From: Malacoraja senta
Lineage: Eukaryota
NCBI GenBank assembly: GCA_038087875.1
Contig: JAXLNO010000158.1
Coordinates: 54,079 to 74,078, forward strand
Reading direction: 5' to 3'
DNA: 20,000 nucleotides
Part shown: positions 18,477 to 20,000 of the stretch, one piece after another
Layout of the letters: every line of letters begins with the position of its first letter
Position numbering within the stretch: position 1 is the stretch's first letter
Notes under the pieces: generated by a model
The model's input: only the letters and a program-made list of their open reading frames with translations
Databases searched by the model: none
What the model was told of the DNA's origin: nothing
Translations under genes and position numbers: made by a program

Positions 18477-19272
18477 TTCTACACAGACCTTTCTGTCCTA
18501 GGTCGCCTCCATTGTCAGAGTGATGGACCTGTCCCACTTAGCGGATTTTTTAGGCAACTACAAGCGACTAGTTTGTCGCCACATGTTCGCTGGTGGTCGC
18601 TGGGAGTAGTCTCCTCAGACGCGCAAAAAGTCATAGCGTCTTTCTGGTCGCCGCTAAATTTTCAACGTTGCAAATTTTTCAGCGACATTGGGTTTGATGC
18701 CAATGAGCATAGTTTGACTTCTCCTGATGTAGGTGCTGTCGTAGGTTGTCGCTAGGATGACGTAGGTTGACACCGTTTTTTCGGCGACCTGCTACGACTA
18801 TGACAGTCGCCGGCAGTTGCCTGAAAAATCGGCAAGTGGGACATGCCCATGAGGCTAAACGCAAATTGGAGGAACAGCATCTCATATTTCGCTTGAGTAG
18901 CTTACAGGCCAGTGGTATGAGTATTGATTTCTCTCAATTCAAGTAGCGCCGTCATTCACTCTCTCTCTATCCCTCCCCCACCCGAGTTGCACTAGCTTCA
19001 CATTTACACCCAACAAAGAGCTTACAATGGCCTGTTTCCTTTATCATTGTTACTTTTTTGCATATCTTTCATTCATTGTTCTTTATCTCTCCACATCAAC
19101 ATCTATATCTCTTGTAACCCCTATCCCTAACCAGTCTGAAGAAGGGTCTCAACCCAAAACATCACCCATTCCTTCTCTCCAGAGATGCTACCTGCCCCGA
19201 TGAGTTACTCCAGCTTTTAGTGTCTATCTTTGGTTTAAACCAGCATCTGCAGTTCCTTCCTACGCAGTCTGT
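18477..19272 (+). mobile_element. Penelope-like element 3' fragment (GIY-YIG C-terminus, UTR and terminal repeat)
   Basis: After removing the MITE it reads TDLSVLGRLHCQS|EAKRKLEEQHLIFRLSSLQASGMSIDFSQFK*. Terminus CTGAAGAAGGGTCTCAACCCAAAAC at 19136. Perfect 13-bp TSD CTCTCTATCCCAA (18464-18476 and 19273-19285). Confidence 0.9.
18524..18849. mobile_element. 326-bp MITE, probably PIF/Harbinger superfamily
   Basis: Imperfect TIRs of about 38 bp (TGGACCTGTCCCACTTAGCGGATTTTTTAGGCAACT versus reverse complement TGGGCATGTCCCACTTGCCGATTTTTCAGGCAACT). 3-bp TSD TGA (18521-18523 and 18850-18852). Confidence 0.88.
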
Positions 19273-20000
19273 CTCTCTATCCCAAAATTCACTCATCTGT
19301 TCAAACGATCCCTTTTGTGGCTTGGCTTCAAACTTTTCTTGATTATGTTTCTGTGAAGCGTTTTGAGATGTTTTGCTATGTTAAGGGTACCACATGAAGT
19401 TGCTATTGTATGTAAGTGCTTTGGGCTCAGAAACTAGAGACAGAGTGTGGGTGGCGAAGGTGAGGTGGAGGCAGGGGAGGCATTTTGACTTTCCCTGTCC
19501 ATCATAAACCTGAAAGCCAGCCAACCAAAATGATGTGTCAGTTAAATTGAGAAAAATTACCCAATTCTGCTGACTGCGAAATATAAGTTGCATGGTCACC
19601 TGTATGCAGTTGTTGAGGTTCTGGTATAAGGGTCATAATGATACCATTGGGAAAGATGCCTCTTGCAATGTTAAAGCAAGCTGTTATTGTTGCGCATAAG
19701 TGATTTGGGCTCAGAAATGAACCTGTGGTTCAGCTTTATGCTGCGCAGCCGATTTAGCAACGTTGAGCCACTGGGACAAACCTTTGTAGGGAAACAAATT
19801 GTCTGCCAGGCCAAACATGAGAGAAGAGGCCCAGTGGGGTAAAACTGATTAACCTTTGGTTGCTTTCCTTTGGGCCCACTGGAGAAGATTGTGTAAAGAA
19901 GGCGTGGATGTCTCCCACACATAGTTTCCCCCTCCTCTGTCCACTGAGCCTCCCTGTCCCCATAATCAAATACTTGTCCCACCCCGGTCGTTCATCTTCC

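Larger units (their letters stand above)
18385..19409 (+). mobile_element. Decayed L2-type LINE 3' end, interrupted by a Penelope insertion
   Basis: CTGGAATTCTCTCCCTAA..CTCTCTGCCTCT on the left, and CTGTGAAGCGTTTTGAGATGTTTTGCTATGTTAAGGGT..AAGTTGCTATTGT on the right, resemble the recalled L2 3' end. Confidence 0.55.

Overview
Non-coding, repeat-dense eukaryotic DNA. The repeat families (HE1/V-SINE-type tRNA SINEs, CR1/HER1-type LINEs, Penelope-like element (PLE) termini, a SacSINE1/AmnSINE1-like DeuSINE) point to a cartilaginous fish, probably a skate or ray (inference). I found no host exon. The only real protein signal is a frameshifted, 5'-truncated CR1 reverse transcriptase (5023-6420), plus short PLE and CR1 remnants. 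The main discovery is a 138-bp minus-strand retroposon (7563-7700) with a perfect 12-bp target-site duplication (TSD). Its first 54 nt fold as a minimal HDV/CPEB3-like self-cleaving ribozyme, and the predicted cleavage site falls exactly on the element's 5' boundary. Also present: about eight short PLE-terminus insertions, most with hammerhead-ribozyme-like cores and 10-13 bp TSDs, three of them fold-back; an apparently full-length 974-bp non-coding retroposon with a 17-bp TSD and an internal minisatellite; and several multi-level nested insertions, including L2 > Penelope > MITE. Family names come from recalled motifs and were not checked against a database.
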